Shown here piece by piece: positions 60,862 through 64,000 of a stretch of 64,000 bases of DNA. Each line of letters opens with the position of its first letter. Within the stretch, counting starts at the first letter, position 1. The notes below the pieces were generated by a model. That model made no database searches and was not told where the DNA came from. It saw nothing but the letters and a program-made list of their open reading frames with translations. This stretch comes from an uncultured delta proteobacterium (GTDB taxonomy: Bacteria > Desulfobacterota > Binatia > Binatales > Binataceae): positions 101,546 through 165,545 of the forward strand of contig CAWKKB010000001.1 in assembly GCA_963850125.1 (NCBI GenBank), in the 5' to 3' direction. A program made the translations under genes and the position numbers.

Positions 60862-62475
60862 ATGGCAGCCGCGCCAAAAATTATCGGTCCGCCCGGTTCG
60901 TCGACTCCCGCAAAGTGTCGGATCAATCCATGGGTGATCGCGGCGGTCGTCTCATTGGCCGCATTCATGGAGGTGCTCGACACCAGCATCGCCAACGTCG
61001 CGTTGCCTTATATTGCTGGTGGATTGGCCTCCAGCCTCGACGACGCTAGCTGGGTGCTGACCTCCTACCTGGTCGCCAACGCGGTGGTACTGCCTATCAG
61101 CGGATGGCTCTCAATCCGGTTCGGACGCAAACGTTTCTACATGATTTGCGTCGTAATCTTCACAGTCAGTTCATTCTTGTGCGGGATCGCACCATCGCTC
61201 GGGATGTTGATCCTGTTTCGCATTATACAGGGCGCCGGCGGCGGCGGTTTGCAGCCGGTATCGCAGGCAATCTTGCGGGACACTTTTCCACCAGAGCAGT
61301 TGGGCGCTGCGTTTGCGGTGTATGGAATGGTGGTCGTGATGGCGCCGGCGATCGGGCCGACGATCGGCGGTTGGATCACGGACAACTATCAGTGGCGCTG
61401 GATCTTCTACATGAACGTGCCGGTCGGGATCCTTTCGCTGCTGCTGGTATCGCGCTTGATTGAAGATCCCGAGTATCTCCGTACCCAACTCAAGAAGCTG
61501 CGCGGACACATGAGGATCGATTACATCGGTATCGGCTTTCTCGCGCTATGCCTTGGCGCGTTGCAGGTCGTGCTCGACAAGGGCCAGGAAGACAACTGGT
61601 ACTATTCGCCAATGATTGCGACCCTTGAGGTGATCTTTCCCGTCGCGCTGGTGCTGTTCATCGCCTGGGAATTGACCCGCTCGAAGCCCGTGATGGACCT
61701 GCGGATGTTCAAGAACCGCAACTTCGCGGCTGCGGCGGCGATGATTTTTGCTTACGGCGTAGTGGTCTATGGAATGACCGTTTTTACGCCGCAATACGTC
61801 CAGGCGTTCATGGGTTATGACGCGGAGTTGGCAGGCAAGACCCAGTTGTTCGGGGCCTCGCTGTTAATCCTGTTGATGCCTTTGACGGCCAGGCTGATCA
61901 GGTTCATCGAGGCCCGCTGGCTAATCGCAGTGGGCTTTCTGCTAACCGCTCTTGCATCGTTCTATGTCACCACCAACCTCGATCTTCAGATCGATTTTTA
62001 CACCGCCGCCATGTACCGCGTCTGGTTATCGTTCGGCCTTGCGCTGCTGTTCGTGCCGATCAACACCGCCTCCTATGTTGACGTGCCCGAAGAAAAGGGC
62101 GGCGAGGTTTCCGGCACGATCAATCTGCTCCGCAACATCGGCGGAAGCGTCGGCATCTCGATGGTCGAGACCATGATTGCGCGGCGTGACCAATTCCATC
62201 AGGACGTACTCAGTGCGCATGTGACTCACGCCCGACAGGCTTATCGCAACGTGACGAGCGGCTTGAGCGCGGATCTCTTTCATCGCGGCCTCACCCAGCC
62301 TCAGGCGGCGGCACAAACTACCTTGCGCATATACAACTCCGTCATCACCCAGGCCAACGTGCTGTCGTACATCGACGTTGCGTGGCTCATCGGTGTGATG
62401 TGCCTCTTGATGATTCCACTTGTTCTGATGCTTAAGCGGAACAACCCTAAAGCGGCAGTGGCGAGCGCGGAATGA
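60862..62475 (+). CDS. emrB: DHA2 family MFS efflux permease
   Basis: FMEVLDTSIANVALP, WVLTSYL, WRWIFYMNVPVG, RNIGGSVG. Confidence 0.95.
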   Translation: MAAAPKIIGPPGSSTPAKCRINPWVIAAVVSLAAFMEVLDTSIANVALPYIAGGLASSLDDASWVLTSYLVANAVVLPISGWLSIRFGRKRFYMICVVIFTVSSFLCGIAPSLGMLILFRIIQGAGGGGLQPVSQAILRDTFPPEQLGAAFAVYGMVVVMAPAIGPTIGGWITDNYQWRWIFYMNVPVGILSLLLVSRLIEDPEYLRTQLKKLRGHMRIDYIGIGFLALCLGALQVVLDKGQEDNWYYSPMIATLEVIFPVALVLFIAWELTRSKPVMDLRMFKNRNFAAAAAMIFAYGVVVYGMTVFTPQYVQAFMGYDAELAGKTQLFGASLLILLMPLTARLIRFIEARWLIAVGFLLTALASFYVTTNLDLQIDFYTAAMYRVWLSFGLALLFVPINTASYVDVPEEKGGEVSGTINLLRNIGGSVGISMVETMIARRDQFHQDVLSAHVTHARQAYRNVTSGLSADLFHRGLTQPQAAAQTTLRIYNSVITQANVLSYIDVAWLIGVMCLLMIPLVLMLKRNNPKAAVASAE

Positions 62476-62975
62476 TCACAATCCAGAATATTGTCCGAAA
62501 GGCTTTGACCTGCACATTTCTTCTAGTCGTGCTGGCGGCCCAATTGACTCTTTTCGCGACGACCGCATCGGCGCAGAACTACGGAACCGGCATGGCGTCA
62601 GCTCCGTATTCCAGCGCGACCGCAAATCCAATGAGTTCTGGCAGGTATGGCCTGCCGACTCCGCCGATTGGAACCATCAATCCAAGTCAGGCGGCCCCCA
62701 ATGCCAGTTTGCTGGCGGTGCCTGTCTTCGGAACGGCGCCGCTCACGGTCGACTTCTATGTCGGATTAGCGAATACCTCCGGTTCGGTCCTCGATGAATG
62801 GGCCTTCGGCGATGGCGTGGTATTGTTCCTGCCAGCTCAACCCTTCATGCTCCACGTCTATCAGAATCCGGGGACCTACACGTGCGAGCTTGGATTGATC
62901 AATGCGCAAGGGATCACAACAACGGTTTTCGCGACAATAAGGGTGAAACCCTCGGATAGCCAGAACGGATCGTGA
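62472..62975 (+). CDS. Secreted PKD domain protein
   Basis: Signal peptide; GTAPLTVDF..WAFGDG..HVYQNPGTYT. Confidence 0.8.
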   Translation: MITIQNIVRKALTCTFLLVVLAAQLTLFATTASAQNYGTGMASAPYSSATANPMSSGRYGLPTPPIGTINPSQAAPNASLLAVPVFGTAPLTVDFYVGLANTSGSVLDEWAFGDGVVLFLPAQPFMLHVYQNPGTYTCELGLINAQGITTTVFATIRVKPSDSQNGS

Positions 62976-63066
62976 GATTCGACATCGCCCGACTCGGAAG
63001 CCGAGTCCACCAACCGGGGCGATGATCGCAAAGCTCGTCGGCTCGTAGTCTCCCAAGAGTCGGAAA

Positions 63067-64000
63067 TCAGTCCTGCACCAGATTTCGAAAATTTTCTGTG
63101 AAGAAGCGCGCCTTGGTCGACTCAGGATAGTCGGCAATGCTGGCGTTGAATCTGCCGATCGGATCGCGGCCGCCCTCAGCATGCGGATAGTCGGTCGAGA
63201 ACATAAACAGCCGATCGTTGGATTGGCGGATGAGTTCGCCGATGTCTTCGAAAGGATAGGGCGTAAAGCGCACTTGGTCGTCGATCTGTTCCGAAGGCCG
63301 CCGTTGCATTTCGCGCAAATGCGGCTCGGGCTTTGACCATATATTAACGATATGATCGAGGCGTCGGCGCATCGCCGGAACCCAACCGGCACCGAGCTCG
63401 ATACATCCACCGCGCAGAGTGCGAAATCGATCGAGCACACCATCGAGGATCAGCACCGAGAGAAATAGCTCCGCGGTGTGAAAGATGCAGGTCATGTCCT
63501 TGGAGCCTACGACCTCGGCGCCGCCGCGCGCGGTCTTGCGATTCGGGAACCCATCGATCATCCATTCGGGGTCAATCGACAGCTTGCTGCTTCCGACGTG
63601 CAGCACGAATGACGCGCGCGCTTCGGCGAGTCGGGCCCAAATCGGATCGTGAGTGCAATGTCCCGGTGATCGTCCGGGCGCATCCGAAGGCAGCATAAAC
63701 ATCCGCAATCCTTCAGCCAGCGCGCGATCGAGTTCAGCCGCCGAGCGCTCGGGGTCGTCCAACACGAGAATACCGGTTGGCACCAGGCGCGGTTCATCGG
63801 CCACGAACGCCTTCATCGCACGATTGAATGCCCTGACACCTCCGTAGCGGACCTCGCGATCCTTGCACGCGAACAGCGTGGCCGCGGCGAACGAAGAAAA
63901 GATGACCTGACGCTGGATTCCCAGCGCGTCCAGCACGGCGCCGCGCTCCTTGCTGTTGAATGCGCCGAGTGCGGCGTACCATTTCGGCCCGCGCAGGATT
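63067..64000 (-). CDS. Amidohydrolase_2 family protein (5' end beyond window)
   Basis: LDALGI, HDPIWA, ELGAGW, MFSTDYPHAEG. Confidence 0.88.
   Translation of the reverse strand, partial: ILRGPKWYAALGAFNSKERGAVLDALGIQRQVIFSSFAAATLFACKDREVRYGGVRAFNRAMKAFVADEPRLVPTGILVLDDPERSAAELDRALAEGLRMFMLPSDAPGRSPGHCTHDPIWARLAEARASFVLHVGSSKLSIDPEWMIDGFPNRKTARGGAEVVGSKDMTCIFHTAELFLSVLILDGVLDRFRTLRGGCIELGAGWVPAMRRRLDHIVNIWSKPEPHLREMQRRPSEQIDDQVRFTPYPFEDIGELIRQSNDRLFMFSTDYPHAEGGRDPIGRFNASIADYPESTKARFFTENFRNLVQD

Overview
GC-rich bacterial accessory region that reads as a stack of decaying integrative elements rather than core genome. The STAND paralogue style suggests a Binatota-like soil bacterium (inference only). 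The left end has a phage-type module: CI-like repressor, ParB-fused DNA methyltransferase, DUF5681 protein and terminase large subunit. A three-gene cassette occurs twice intact (18.0-20.6 kb, 30.4-33.2 kb): large serine recombinase, DUF2924 protein and a divergent small basic CxxC-x16-CxxC protein. Two more recombinase 3' remnants lie at 37.3 and 39.9 kb. Three of the four recombinase ends sit about 230-320 bp from a tRNA-Ser-like 3' end inside conserved non-coding DNA. Cargo includes five STAND NTPase-TPR proteins with mosaic architecture, two of them divergent from secreted-protein genes across 11-bp-phased repeats. It also includes a P450, an SDR, an esterase, an O-methyltransferase, a Tat-exported FAD oxidase, an orphan Tad pilin cassette, furA-katG, an aromatic catabolic fragment, catalase/cupin/HD/dps and EmrAB. 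Many genes are truncated or carry single lesions. No rRNA, complete tRNA or CRISPR array was seen.
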